A stretch of DNA of 64,000 nucleotides from Bacteroidota bacterium (lineage in GTDB: Bacteria > Bacteroidota > Bacteroidia > JABEUT01), in assembly GCA_013285655.1 (NCBI GenBank), contig JABDHI010000006.1, positions 933 through 64,932 of the forward strand, in the 5' to 3' direction. The notes below the pieces were generated by a model. The model saw only the letters and a list, made by a program, of their open reading frames with translations. It had not been told where the DNA came from and did no database searches. The position numbers and the translations under genes were made by a program. Shown piece by piece: positions 44,881 through 57,100 of the stretch. Positions within the stretch are counted from its first letter, which is position 1; every line of letters begins with the position of its first letter.

Positions 44881-45879
44881 ATGAAAATTATTAAATTATT
44901 TGTAATGGGCTTGTTGCTGGTAGCTTCGTTTGCTAATGCACAGCAATCGTTCAAACCGCTAAATGCAGGGCTTGCCAATTACCAATACCCTTACCCGGTG
45001 CATTTTATTACCCTTAGCATACAGGGCGAGGTGCTGAAAATGGCCTATATGGATGTGCAACCCGCTAAGCCAAATGGCCATGTGGTAATGCTATTGCACG
45101 GTAAAAATTTTGGCGGCGCGTATTGGGAGCAAACTGCAAAAGTACTGGCCGATAACGGATACAGGGTTATCATCCCCGATCAAATTGGGTTTGGTAAATC
45201 ATCGAAGCCGGGGCATATACAGTATTCGTTTCAGTTGCTTAGCCAAAATACCAAAGCCATATTAGATACCTTGGGTATTACCCGAATCTGTTTACTCGGG
45301 CATTCAATGGGTGGCATGGTTGCAACACGCTTTGCATTAATGTACCCGCAAATGATTGAGAAATTTATTTTGGAAGACCCTATTGGCCTCGAGGACTGGA
45401 AAGTAAAGGTGCCATATCAATCGGTTGATAAATGGTACCAAACCGAGTTGAAAGAAGATTATAATTCGTTTAAGAAGTATGAGATGGAAAGTTATTTCCA
45501 CGGTACATGGAAACCGGAATATGATAAATTACTTGAAATACCTGTAGGCTGGACGCTGGGTAAAGATGATTCGCTTATTGCATGGAATTCGGCCCTTACC
45601 TACGATATGATATTTACCCAACCTGTATGCTACGAATTTGAAAACATAAAAGCGCCTACTTTATTAATTATCGGCCAGCTCGACAGGACCGCCTTGGGTA
45701 AAAACCTGGTAAGCACCGACGTAGCAAAAACATTAGGTAACTACCCCGAACTGGGTAAGCTGGCACACCAAAAAATAAAAGGATCGAAACTGGTTGAGCT
45801 CGATGGCCTGGGGCATATACCCCACGTAGAAGCCTTCGATAGGTTCATTCAGCCATTGCTCGAGTTTTTGAAATCGTAA
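44881..45879 (+). CDS. secreted alpha/beta hydrolase
   Basis: Signal peptide, LLHGKNFGGAYW, nucleophile elbow GHSMGG, and a C-terminal GHIPHVE. Confidence 0.85.
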   Translation: MKIIKLFVMGLLLVASFANAQQSFKPLNAGLANYQYPYPVHFITLSIQGEVLKMAYMDVQPAKPNGHVVMLLHGKNFGGAYWEQTAKVLADNGYRVIIPDQIGFGKSSKPGHIQYSFQLLSQNTKAILDTLGITRICLLGHSMGGMVATRFALMYPQMIEKFILEDPIGLEDWKVKVPYQSVDKWYQTELKEDYNSFKKYEMESYFHGTWKPEYDKLLEIPVGWTLGKDDSLIAWNSALTYDMIFTQPVCYEFENIKAPTLLIIGQLDRTALGKNLVSTDVAKTLGNYPELGKLAHQKIKGSKLVELDGLGHIPHVEAFDRFIQPLLEFLKS

Positions 45880-45913
45880 TAATATCCGGTGAAAAGTTAA
45901 CTACTGAACTTAT

Positions 45914-46627
45914 CTACTCAATGGTTATATCCTTTACGCCACCCAAAATCATATCCTCATAACGCATCACGCTCTGTTCTGCACGTTTAACAGAAGTAAT
46001 ACTTACAGTAAACACACGGCCATCGCGGTTCATAAGCAAGTCGGTATAGCTGTTGCCATTACCGCCCGTTTTATGAAACCGAATGATCTTATCCATCGTA
46101 AATTCATTCCTGGCTTTCAGCCATTCAGCAAACCATTCTTCGCGCTGCTTAATAACCTCGGTAGAGTATAGTTGTGCCGATGACCATATTTGAGGTACCG
46201 TTGCATCTTTAATAAAGGTGTGTAGTTTGGTTCCATCCCAGCGTAGTTCGTGTATGGTTACGGCTTGGTTTTGTTCAAATATCAAGAGGGTAAAAGGTTC
46301 AATACCTGTGAAATCGTACTGCGTGCAAAAGTCATTTACGTTTTTGTACTTAAAAAAATCTAACAGCATCAGTCCGCGGCTAAGTTTGTAAGGCGGTTTA
46401 TGTTCATGCGGCGTAAAAGCGCCATTTAAAATGCACAATGTAAACTGCTTACTGGCTGCAGCAAACCAGGTTCCGTTGGCATCGGCATCTTTCGGGTAAT
46501 ACACATCGGTATCGTATACGCTATATTTAGCCGGCGGCAATGCTATTTTCCGGCTCTTGCCTTCATCTCTGTTCGATGTAAGTATGAACTTATCCTTGCC
46601 TAATGGCAGATATGTTACCGTGCACAT
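45914..46627 (-). CDS. NRDE-family protein (DUF833/TANGO2-like)
   Basis: MCTVTYLP...ILTSNRDE N-terminal signature. Confidence 0.8.
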   Translation of the reverse strand: MCTVTYLPLGKDKFILTSNRDEGKSRKIALPPAKYSVYDTDVYYPKDADANGTWFAAASKQFTLCILNGAFTPHEHKPPYKLSRGLMLLDFFKYKNVNDFCTQYDFTGIEPFTLLIFEQNQAVTIHELRWDGTKLHTFIKDATVPQIWSSAQLYSTEVIKQREEWFAEWLKARNEFTMDKIIRFHKTGGNGNSYTDLLMNRDGRVFTVSITSVKRAEQSVMRYEDMILGGVKDITIE

Positions 46628-46763
46628 ATTGCTTATTTATTATTACAAAGGTCTTATTTATTGCTCCATTTATTGTTAATGTAGATTAAGAAATAATATC
46701 GAATACCCCAACCCGTAAATGGGCTTTCGCTTTCAACTTTACACTTTTAGCTTTTAACTTAAT

Positions 46764-46939
46764 TTGGCACAGTACTCTACATCTATGTGTCAAGTTCTAT
46801 CATCGTATCTCATCACCTCACGTGCCATGGCACTGTGCTCTGGTTTTTTGCGTTAGGGATAGAAGCGGTTACCCCGCAGCGCAGCGAGGAGTATGAGCGG
46901 ATAGCCCGACCCCTTGCGTAGCTTGGGGGAACGCCCAAA
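46764..46939 (+). repeat. AB-element, full copy
   Basis: TTGGCACAGTACTCTACATCTATGTGTCAAG...CACCTCACGTGCC, then GCGTTAGGGATAGAAGCGGTTACCCCGCAGCGCAGCGAGGAG...GGGGGAACGCCCAAA. Confidence 0.9.
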
Positions 46940-47061
46940 ATAAGTTAAAAGTTAAAAGCTAAAAGGGAAGAGTTAAAATCTTAGTGAACCTTTGTGCTCT
47001 TAGTGGTGAAATGAACTGAAAAGAAGTTTATGACGTATATTTACACTTGAAATAAAAAACT

Positions 47062-47340
47062 ATGGCAGACATACAAGTAACCCATAACAAAGAGATGCAC
47101 CGCTTTGAGGCAGAAGTAGAAGGTAAGACAGCTTACCTGCAATACGCATTACGCGGTAACACTATTTCTATGGACCACACCTTTACACCGGATTCGTTAA
47201 GGGGTAGGGGTATTGCATCGGTAGTTACAAAATTTGCCTTAGACTATGCTAAAGAAAATAAACTGCAAGTTATTCCGGGTTGCTCGTTTGTGGCTGAATA
47301 CATAATCAACCATCCGGAGTACAAACCCCTGGTAAAATAG
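47062..47340 (+). CDS. small GNAT-like N-acetyltransferase (YjdJ-type)
   Basis: 92 aa: HNKEMHRFEAEVEGKTAYLQY...HTFTPDSLRGRGIAS...CSFVAEYI. Confidence 0.75.
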   Translation: MADIQVTHNKEMHRFEAEVEGKTAYLQYALRGNTISMDHTFTPDSLRGRGIASVVTKFALDYAKENKLQVIPGCSFVAEYIINHPEYKPLVK

Positions 47341-48369
47341 TTATTTCTTATTTACCAGCGGCGCAACGCGTGTACCAATCAGTTCAATGGAATGTAAAAG
47401 CTGTTGGTGGGTTAGTCCTGCATTATCCATCTGAAAGGTCAGTCTCGAAATTCCACCCAACGATTCGCTGTGGCGAAGTATTTTTTCCGCCACTTCTTCG
47501 GGGCTGCCAACTAAGTATGCACCATAAGCACCACGCTGAGATTCGAAACGCAAAGGGGTAACGGGCTGCCATCCACGCTCTTTACCAATACGTGTAAAGG
47601 TTTCGGCATAGCCGGGGTAATAATCGGCAACTGCTTTCTCGGTTGTTTCGGCAACATAACCTAAGGAGTGTAAACCAACTTTTAGTTTTTCATCTGAATG
47701 CCCTGCTGCTTTACCTGCTTTGCGGTATAAATCAACCAATGGACGAAACTGGCGTGTTTCTCCACCAATAACGGCCACCATAAGCGGCAAACCCAATTTG
47801 CCTGCTCGTATAAACGATTCCGGTGTGCCACCCACGCCTAACCAAATAGGCAATGGCGTTTGTAATGGACGGGGATATATAGCCTGGTCTTTTAACGGTG
47901 CCCTAAACTTACCCGACCAGTTAACCATTTCGTTGTCGCGTATGTTCAGCAGCAAGCCAAGTTTTTCGGCAAACAGTTCATCATAATCTTCCAGGTTATA
48001 CCCAAATAGCGGAAACGATTCAATAAAAGAACCTCGTCCCACCACCATCTCGGCACGGCCGTTTGAAACCAGGTCGAGCGTTGCAAAATTCTGAAACACG
48101 CGCACAGGGTCGGCAGCGCTTAATACGGTAACAGCACTGGTTAGCTTAATGCGCTTGGTACGTGCTGCTGCAGCAGCCAATATTATAGTCGGTGCCGAAT
48201 CTAAAAACTCCTTGCGGTGATGTTCGCCAACACCAAATACATCAAGCCCTACCTTGTCGGCGTATTCCATGCGGTCCAATAGCTCCGCTATCGATTGTCG
48301 GTTATTTTTTGCTGTGTCTTTTCCGTTACTTGCATTTGCTGCTGCAAAGCTATCTACGCCTATTTCCAT
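47341..48369 (-). CDS. LLM-class (luciferase-like) flavin-dependent oxidoreductase
   Basis: MEIGVDSFAA...GLDVFGVGEHH...; 342 aa with a TIM-barrel LLM pattern. Confidence 0.85.
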   Translation of the reverse strand: MEIGVDSFAAANASNGKDTAKNNRQSIAELLDRMEYADKVGLDVFGVGEHHRKEFLDSAPTIILAAAAARTKRIKLTSAVTVLSAADPVRVFQNFATLDLVSNGRAEMVVGRGSFIESFPLFGYNLEDYDELFAEKLGLLLNIRDNEMVNWSGKFRAPLKDQAIYPRPLQTPLPIWLGVGGTPESFIRAGKLGLPLMVAVIGGETRQFRPLVDLYRKAGKAAGHSDEKLKVGLHSLGYVAETTEKAVADYYPGYAETFTRIGKERGWQPVTPLRFESQRGAYGAYLVGSPEEVAEKILRHSESLGGISRLTFQMDNAGLTHQQLLHSIELIGTRVAPLVNKK

Positions 48370-48482
48370 GGTTTCTGTTTATAATACAAAGGTGTTATTT
48401 ATTGGCGCACTTTGCGTTAATGTAGATTAAGAAATTGGTTCGAACACCCCAACCCCTAAAGGGGCTTTCGCTTTTAACTTAT

Positions 48483-48713
48483 TTGGGTGTTTCCCCTCGT
48501 GCCTCGGGTCGGGCTTTACGCTCATACTCCTCTCCGCCAACTGGCGGATGCCGGGTAACCGCTACACCGGCGAAGCCTGCATGAGTTCAATAATAAATAA
48601 ACGAACACGAATAATCCCTAACGCGAAATACCAGCGCGCCTTAGTAACGGCACGTGAGGTGAAAAGATTCGATGACAGGATTTGACACATAGATGTAAAG
48701 GATTGTGCCAAAG
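48483..48713 (-). repeat. AB-element, full copy with a ~60-nt insertion inside module B
   Basis: TTGGGTGTTTCCCCTCGTGCC...[insert]...CCCTAACGC then CGGCACGTGAGGTGAAAAG...GACACATAGATG...TTGTGCCAAAG. Confidence 0.85.
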
Positions 48714-48759
48714 CCAAGTTAACCTAATGTATTTCAGACTCCGCAATAACGAACCTGTG

Positions 48760-49614
48760 CTACGCCTTATTCGCAGCCATATTGTCAAGCTCCTTCATGT
48801 TAGCATCGGTAAGCAAAACAGAAGTACACTTCATATTCTCCTCTAAATGGCTGACAGTAGAAGTACCCGGAATTAACAATATGTTATTCGAGTGATGCAG
48901 TAACCAGCTAAGCGCAACCTGGTGAATGGTGCTGTTGTGCTGTTTGGCAATTTCATTGAGCTGGGCAAGGTTTTGCGAACTGCCACCACCCATAGGATAC
49001 CATGGTATAAAGGCAATGTTGTGGGCATTGCAATATTCAAGCACCGATTCCCACTTACGGTTATCGACACTATACATGTTTTGCACCGATACTACTTTAA
49101 AGAATTGTTGTGCCTTTTCAATATCGGCTACACTTACTTCCGACAGGCCAATGTGTTTTACCTTTCCTTCTTGTTGTGCTTTCTGTAAAAACGCGAATGT
49201 TTCTTCTGCGGGCACTTTCGGGTCGACGCGATGTAACTGGTATAGGTCTATTGCATCTACTTTCAATCTCTTCAAACTTCCTTCGAGTGCTTGTTTAAGG
49301 TGTGCAACGCTCGCATCGATGGTCCATTGGTTTGGCCCTGTGCGGAGGAAGCCGCCTTTGGTTGCAATAGCCAAACCTTTAGGGTAGGGGTGCAGCGCTT
49401 CTGCAATCAACTCTTCTGAAACATAAGGGCCATATGAATCGGCAGTATCAATAAAGTTAACGCCAAGTTCTACCGCGCGCTTTAAAACTTTTAATGCTTC
49501 AGCTTTGTTTTCGGGCGGGCCCCATACGCCTTTGCCGGTTATGCGCATTGCGCCATACCCCAAGCGGTTAACAGTAAGTGCGCCTCCTATAGTAAATGTC
49601 TTTTTAAATTCCAT
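48760..49614 (-). CDS. aldo/keto reductase
   Basis: LGYGAMRITG..WGPP, FIDTADSYG, and LYQLHRVD motifs. A TACCTTTG -7 box lies upstream. Confidence 0.9.
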   Translation of the reverse strand: MEFKKTFTIGGALTVNRLGYGAMRITGKGVWGPPENKAEALKVLKRAVELGVNFIDTADSYGPYVSEELIAEALHPYPKGLAIATKGGFLRTGPNQWTIDASVAHLKQALEGSLKRLKVDAIDLYQLHRVDPKVPAEETFAFLQKAQQEGKVKHIGLSEVSVADIEKAQQFFKVVSVQNMYSVDNRKWESVLEYCNAHNIAFIPWYPMGGGSSQNLAQLNEIAKQHNSTIHQVALSWLLHHSNNILLIPGTSTVSHLEENMKCTSVLLTDANMKELDNMAANKA

Positions 49615-49729
49615 ATCGGTAATTTTTAATTGTAGTCTTAATTAACCCTATTACAAAGGTATGATACTTTGTATGAGTTTAAAGGCGTATTACCTTTGTT
49701 GGGTTAATGGAAGTTAATTAAACAAACAA

Positions 49730-50281
49730 TTATGGCTTATCCGCTGTTACATCTTCAGCAGATGTAGCATCGTCGGGAGTTTTTTCCAGGTCTCTATCTA
49801 ACGAATACAATGTATTGTTTTCAATCTTTTCTCCGCCGGCTATTTTTATTTTATCAAGCAAATTCATAGCAAGAGTTTCTTCTTCTATCTGTTCCTTTAC
49901 AAACCATTGCATAAAATTCCAGGTGGCCCAGTCACCTTCACTCAAACTCAGTTTTACCACTTTGTAAATAGAATTGGTATTATCTACTTCGTGTTCATAT
50001 ACCTTTTCAAAACAGTTGTTAAGGCTTGTCGGGTTCTTAAAAGGCGCCGGAATGGCAGTAACCTTAACCTCGGCACCCCTTTTTAAAATATATTCCAATA
50101 TTTTCATCATGTGGTTCCGCTCTTCCTGTGCATGCCTGAATAGGAAATTAGCTGTCCCGCCATATCCCTGGCTGTCGGCCCAGGCAGCGTATGATAAATA
50201 AATTTGTGAAGCATGTGCCTCCTTGGTCATTTGATCGTTAAGGGCTTTTGCAATGGTTGCAGATAGTCTGTTTGTATTCAT
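49730..50281 (-). CDS. ferritin (non-haem, Ftn-type) with a short acidic C-terminal tail
   Basis: The internal ATG at 50281: MNTNRLSATIAKALNDQMTKEAHASQIYLSYAAWADSQGY...HAQEERNHMMKI (ferroxidase-centre residues). Confidence 0.85.
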   Translation of the reverse strand: MNTNRLSATIAKALNDQMTKEAHASQIYLSYAAWADSQGYGGTANFLFRHAQEERNHMMKILEYILKRGAEVKVTAIPAPFKNPTSLNNCFEKVYEHEVDNTNSIYKVVKLSLSEGDWATWNFMQWFVKEQIEEETLAMNLLDKIKIAGGEKIENNTLYSLDRDLEKTPDDATSAEDVTADKP

Positions 50282-50397
50282 TTGCTGATTTATTGGTTTA
50301 TAAATTAAATGTAAAAGCCAGAAAAGACACACTTTACGGAGTGCTATATCTTTTCTGGTTAAACAAACCAACCTTACGGGGTTGGATTTTATTATTT

Positions 50398-50416
50398 ATA
50401 AATGATAATAATTATT
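50398..50416. promoter_or_regulatory. Fur-box-like sequence in the ferritin upstream region
   Basis: ATAAATGATAATAATTATT matches the enterobacterial consensus GATAATGATAATCATTATC at 14 of 19 positions. The local AT-rich context weakens this. Confidence 0.3.
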
Positions 50417-50532
50417 ACCATCGTGAAACAAATGTACATGCCGTTGCTGCCACGTGTTCATATAATCGATAAACTGAGATGTTTAGGGGGTGAACTAATA
50501 AAATAAGACTGGTTAGGGGAGTGGCTATCGTT

Positions 50533-51186
50533 TTATAGAACAGGTACCTGATGTACTCGAAGCTCCAAATTGTTATTTAAACCTGCCAAATAACAAACAT
50601 AATCGCTATCGATGTTTAATTTCTTCAGGTGCCAATGTTGCTGCTTGTAGCTTACTTTATCTCCGCTACAGTCCAGTTGTTGAGGCTCATTTGCAATGCC
50701 AATACCTATTGCTTTTAATACGGCTTCTTTACGTACCCAGGTATCAATAAGGGTTTCTTTACCGGGGTTCTTTAAAATCACTTCTTGTTCTTGATTGGAG
50801 AAAAAGTTTGTTGTTGAATCGGTATCTATCTCCCCATCTAGTTTTTCAATATCAATGCCTAACTCAGAATCTCCGCCATAAACCAATACCACCATATCTT
50901 CGGAATGAGAAATGTTGAACGGCATCCAATCCTTAATAAAAGGCTTTTCGTTCTTGTTCCTTTCCAATGTCAATAACAATTCAGCGGTAAAGCCAGATTC
51001 ACTAATAGCCTTCCGGAGCAATAGTTTGCCAATTAGGTTTCTCAGTTTATCCTTAAAAACGCGCATCCTGTTAATCTCCTGAATGAAGTTAGCAGGCAAT
51101 GTTTTCAGGTGTTCATCAAACGCGGCCTCGTTAAACTCGCGGATATCATAATGCAATACTGTAACAGTTCCTTTTTGTAAATGCAT
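50533..51186 (-). CDS. 4'-phosphopantetheinyl transferase (Sfp type)
   Basis: FNISHSEDMVVLV and WVRKEAVLKAIGIG motifs. The ATG overlaps the NRPS stop codon (TAATG), implying translational coupling. Confidence 0.8.
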   Translation of the reverse strand: MHLQKGTVTVLHYDIREFNEAAFDEHLKTLPANFIQEINRMRVFKDKLRNLIGKLLLRKAISESGFTAELLLTLERNKNEKPFIKDWMPFNISHSEDMVVLVYGGDSELGIDIEKLDGEIDTDSTTNFFSNQEQEVILKNPGKETLIDTWVRKEAVLKAIGIGIANEPQQLDCSGDKVSYKQQHWHLKKLNIDSDYVCYLAGLNNNLELRVHQVPVL

Positions 51187-54100
51187 TAGTTTACAGCAAG
51201 CCAACCTTTTATGGTGTTCTTTATTTTGTCAGCTGTTTCCGTTACATTTTGTTGAACAAAATAATGCCCTCCGTTCTTAACTGAATCGTAACTGGTGTTT
51301 TTTGAAAACTTTTGCCAGCCTTTATAATTGTCGGCCGTAGATGCGATGGACAGATCATTATCTCCATACAAAACATGTAAAGGAGAATTTAACTGAAGGT
51401 CTCCATAAGTGCTTTTGATGTAGGCCAGCGTATTTAACGAAACGTCAACATCGTGTCGTAGGTTCCTAATTAACAGATCCCTCGATTCCATATTTCTAAC
51501 CTCAGGCTTGTCGAGTTTTATTACAAGATAGTCCCATATTTCATCGTCGGTATAATTGGCCATAGAGGTGATGTTCTCATTAATATCCTGTTTGGCGTGG
51601 TATGCCGCCGCACTCTGAATTAAGCCGATAAATGAATCGCTATGTTGCTCCATTTCAAAGCTTAGGTCCAGCGCAAGGCTACTGCCTGCTGAGTTTCCGA
51701 GGATGACAAACCTGCCCGTTACTTTATCTTTTATCTCTTGCAAAAGTTTGTCTTTTATCCACTTGCTATCTTTTAATTCGGTGTTCTCATCTAATTTGCT
51801 CCATGGCATTGTAACAATGTATACATTCAACGAAGCCGAAAGTTCTTTAGCCAGGCCCATGTAAACATTATCGAAGGCACCTGCATAAGGAATCAGCACA
51901 ATACTTGCCTCATGTTGTTTTGTATCGGGGTATTTGGTTAACAGATCATCGTTCACCAACTCATTTTTTTTCAGGTCTTCCAATGCCTTTGTACACTCAC
52001 GTATTGTTTTGTGCTGGTAAATTACTTTTATAGGTACTGACATGCCTTCCATCCGGGATGCATTAACAGCCTTAATTGAATTACCACCCAACTGAAAGAA
52101 GTCATCATCAATGCCTATTTTTTCTGTACGCAAAACAACCTGCCATCTTTCGGCTAGTTTTTTTTCTGTTTCATTTCGCGGTGCAACATATTCTATTCCA
52201 CTGCTCATACCTAAGCCCTCTGGGCTTGGTAACAGTTTCTTATTTATTTTGCCATTATGGTTGAGCGGTAGTGCATCCATCTGAACAAAATAGGAGGGAA
52301 CCATGTAAGAAGGTAATGACTTGCCTAAGAACGCCCTGAGATCGGTACTGAGCAACGTTTGTTTGCTTACCACATAAGCTACCAAATGTTTTTCTCCCGA
52401 AGAATCGTCTTTTATAACAACAACTCCATCTTCAATATTCTCATGGCTTTGCAATACGCTTTCTACTTCGCCCAACTCTATACGATAGCCTCTGACTTTT
52501 ACCTGGTCATCCTTGCGGCCTATAAATTCAATATTGCCATCGGCTAACCATCGGCCAAGGTCTCCCGTTTTGTACATGCGCTCTCCATCTTTAAACGGAT
52601 CCTGTACAAATTTCTCAGCTGTTAATTCCGGGCGATTCAAGTAACCACGTGCTACGCCATCACCACCAATACATATTTCGCCTATAACACCAACGGGTGT
52701 TAACCGTTCTTCCTTATCGAGTATATATACCTGTGTGTTAGATAAAGGGCGGCCTATAAGCAGTACCGTTTGATTTTCTTTCCTTCTTTTATACAGCAAC
52801 TCAATTGATGTAACCGTTGTTTCAGTCGGGCCGTATTCATTATAGAATTTGTGGTGCTTACTCCATTTTTCGGCCAGCTCAATAGGGCATGTATCTCCAC
52901 CTGCTATTACTCTTTTTAAATGAGGATACTTTTTAGCCGTAATGTTTTTCAATACGCTTGGCACCGAATGAACATGGGTTATCTTATTGCTTTCAATAAA
53001 AGCCTCGAGCTTTTCCGGCTCTATCATGGTTTGTTTATCAATAAGGCTTAAGCGCGCTCCGCTTAACAGTGCTATAAATATCTGTTCTACCGATGCATCA
53101 AAGAACACATTCGAAAATTGCAAAATATTTTCTTCTTCCGTTATTTCAAATGAGCGTATTTGCGATAGAATAAGATTTACAACTTGTGTATGTTCCACTA
53201 TTACTCCCTTTGGCTTGCCTGTTGAACCGGAGGTATATATTACATAAGCCAGGTCTTTAGGTTTCGCAATGGCTGCCAAAGGAGTTTTTGCATTCTTCTC
53301 ATTTGCACTGTACTCATTGAATTTTTGCAATTCTTTTTCATCAATAATAACTTTACACGCACTATCCTCCAGTATGTATTCTATCCTGTCCTTAGGGTAT
53401 TCAGGGTCAACAGGTACGTAAGCCCCGCCACTCTTTAATACACCCAGTATGGCTACTATCATCCATTCACTTCTATCTAACTTAATGCAAATGGTATCTT
53501 CAGGCTTAATACTGTAGCATTCCCTTAAATAACATGCTAACGAATTTGCACGTTCATTCAGCTCGCTGTAAGTTAAGGCATTTCCATTAAATACCAGGGC
53601 AACATTATCCGGCGTTTTTTTTACCTGTCCCTCAAACAGATCAACTAGGGTTTTGTCTTTAGGGTAGACTGCTTCAGTATTATTAAAGTCCGACAGCAGT
53701 TCGTGTTTTTCAGGTGCGGTAACATAATCTATTTCCTTAATAAGCTGTTCAGGGTGAACAGTAACCGACTCCATCATCTGCGCAAAATGACCTGCTAATC
53801 TTTCTACGGTTTCTTTTTTATAAATGTCGGTGTTGTATTCTATCGCCATGTGAAGCTCTTTCTTCACTTCCGCAAAATTAAAGGTAAGGTCGAACTTGCT
53901 TACCACGCTTCTAACAACAGGGTAGGCGCTCAGTTTGGCATTGCCAACTGTTTGCTCTGCTATCATGTGTTCGCTCATGGCGTTGTTTTGCAATACTACC
54001 ATTACATCAAACAAAGCACTACGGCTAACGCCGCGGTGAAGCTTCAGATCATCCACCAGTTCATCGAACGGGTACACGTGGTGTTCATACGCATTTATAG

Positions 54101-57100
54101 ATGTACGTATTACATTATCCAACAACTGCTTGTAACTATCTTCACCACTAAAACGGGTGCGTAGTGCCAGTGTGTTTACATAAAAACCTATCTGGTCTTC
54201 TATATCAATGTGTTCTCTTCCTGCTATTGGGCTGCCAATTATTATGTCTTCCTGCCCGGTGTAGCGGTATAGTATAGCATTAACTATTGCAAGCAGACCC
54301 ATAAATAAAGTGCCGCCTTCTTTTTGTGTAATTACTTTAAGCTTGCCGACAGCATCACGTGCTATTACTTTTTTAATTATGGCGCCGTTGTATGTTTTTA
54401 CCGCAGGCCTGGGCTTGTCACCCGGCATTTCCAGGGTTGGTATATCACTTGTAAATTGTTCAAGCCAGTATGCTTTGTGTTCATTCAGGCTGTTGCCCAC
54501 CAATTGTTCCCTTTGCCACGCTGCATAGTCCTTGTATTGCAGCTTTAATGGTTTCATTACTGGCTCTTCTCCTTTAGCATATGCATTATATAAGCTAAGC
54601 AGTTCTTTCACCAAAATACCCATCGACCAACCATCGCCAATAATGTGATGCATGGTGTAGTTGAACACATATTTATTATCTGCAATTCGCAACAGGCATG
54701 CTCTTACCAGTGGTCCATTCTCCAGGTCAAACGGATCCTGCATTTCTTTCTCAACTTTCTGTTTTACCTCTTCGTCCTGCCATGCACGGTTACGCAAGTC
54801 TTCAAACCGCAAGGTAAAGAACTCCTCTTCCTCAGGCTTTATCCATTGCCTTATTTCTCCTGTACTAACATCTTCTTTAAATATGGTCCGCAACGATTCA
54901 TGCCTGCGTATCAGTGTGCGGAACGACCTTTCCAGTTCTTCTTTCTTCAACTCACCATCTAACACATACACGCCAGCCATATTGTAAGCCACATTACCTT
55001 CCTTAAACTGGCTCAGTACCCATATGCGGCGCTGTGAAGATGATAAAAGGTAGTTCTGTTGTTTCTCTACAGGTTTTATTTCAATGTGTATGGTTTTCCG
55101 TTTCGATGAAATTAAAGTTGCCTGCTCTTCTAATGTTGTGTTGGAGAACAGATCCTTCAGATCTATTTTTACACCAATGTTCTTATATATATGGGTAACC
55201 AGGCGCATGGCTTTTAAACTGTGTCCTCCCCAATCAAAAAAATCATCTTTTACGCCAATCTTTTCTTTTTCTATAGCCAGTACCTCGGCCCATATTTCTG
55301 CAAGCCTTTCTTCAGTTTCATTTCGTGGTGCAATATGTTCCACCGCTTTACCCATAGCCGACCATTGCGGATCGGGCAATGATTTCCTATTTATCTTTCC
55401 ATTGCTGGTTAAGGGCATTACCTCCAGCTGCATAAAATAGGCCGGTACCATGTACGAAGGCAATAGCTTACCCAATGCCTCACGAAGATCACTTATTGCA
55501 ATTTCATTTTTGCTTACAAAGTATGCCACCAGTTGTTTCTCTCCCGAAGCATCCTCACGGGTTATTACTACCGCATCATCAATGTTCTTTACATTTCGCA
55601 ACACAGTTTCTACTTCCCCTAATTCTATTCTGTAGCCCCTTATTTTTACCTGGTCATCTTTACGCCCAATAAAATCAATACTTCCATCATTCAGCCATCT
55701 TCCTATATCGCCTGTTTTATACATGCGTTCGCCTGGCTTAAATGGGTTCGAAACAAATTTCTCCGCTGTTAATTCGGGGCGGTTTAAATAGCCATGTGCC
55801 AGGCCATCGCCACCAATGCATATTTCGCCGCTTACACCTTTCGGTAACAATCTTTTTTCTTTATCGAGAATATAGATTTCTGTATTCGATATGGGTTTGC
55901 CAATGGTAGGCTTTATGGGTATATCGCCATTCGAAAAACTATGTGTAACGCCCGTTACCACGTGGGTTTCTGAAGGGCCGTACCAGTTGAATATTTTTAC
56001 CGAAGGATTTTTATGCAGAAAGGTACGCAAGGCACCGCTTACATATAACTGCTCTCCTGCCGAAATGATCTCTTTAATATGGTTCTCTTCCGATTCGTGA
56101 AATCCCACTTCGCTAAACATGCCTTCTAATGCCGCACAAGGCATTGAGATGGATGCTATTTTGTTCTTTATAATGTACTCCTTAAGCTCTAAGAAATTTT
56201 TACGTAAGGTTTCACTTGCCACGTATAGCTCTCCGCCGGTGGTAAGTGCATAATAGGTTTCAATAAGCGACATATCGAAACTAAAGGAAGAGAACTGCAA
56301 ATATTTTTGCCCCGTAAGTAATCCCGATTTGTTCTTTTCCCAACTAATTAAATTACACAACATGGTATGCGTCTGTTCTATCCCCTTTGAATTACCTGTT
56401 GAACCCGAAGTGTAAATAATAACCGAGGCGCATTGGCTCAAATTGGTAAGCCCAATATTTGATGCATCTAATTTCTTTAACTGTTCTGCTATCTCTGTTA
56501 TAGTAATGCAGGGTATATTATTGGTAGATGCTGTTGTGCTTGCTTCATTAACCAGCAATACCTTTGCCTTGCTGTCTTTAATAATGTGGTCGATACGTTT
56601 TTCAGGCAACAGCTTATCTATAGGCACATACAGGCAGCCAAGTTTCATTATGGCTATCATACTTATCACCGACCATTCAGAACGATCGGCTAATACGCCA
56701 ATGCTCTCTCCGGTTTTAATTCCTGTATTCTGTTGTATGTATCTTGCCAGGCGGTTGGCGGTTTCATTCAATTCTTTGTAAGTAAGTGTTCTGTCTTCAA
56801 ATACAACAGCTGTGGTATCGGGTATCTTTTTTACCTGCTCTTCAAACAGATCAACAACCGTTTTATCATTATGGTAAGCTACGCCAGTGTTATTGAACCC
56901 TTCCAGTATCTCATCTCGTTCTGCCTTACTTGTAACTTCAATGGCGTTTACATTTAGGTGTGCCTGGGTATATTGTGTATTCACCAGGGTATTAAAATGT
57001 GTTATCAGGTTGTTTATAACCTGGTCGGAAAACGAATCTTCTTTATAATCAATAGCAATGGTCAGGTCGCCCTCTTCCTTATATTCCAGCAAGTGGAACT

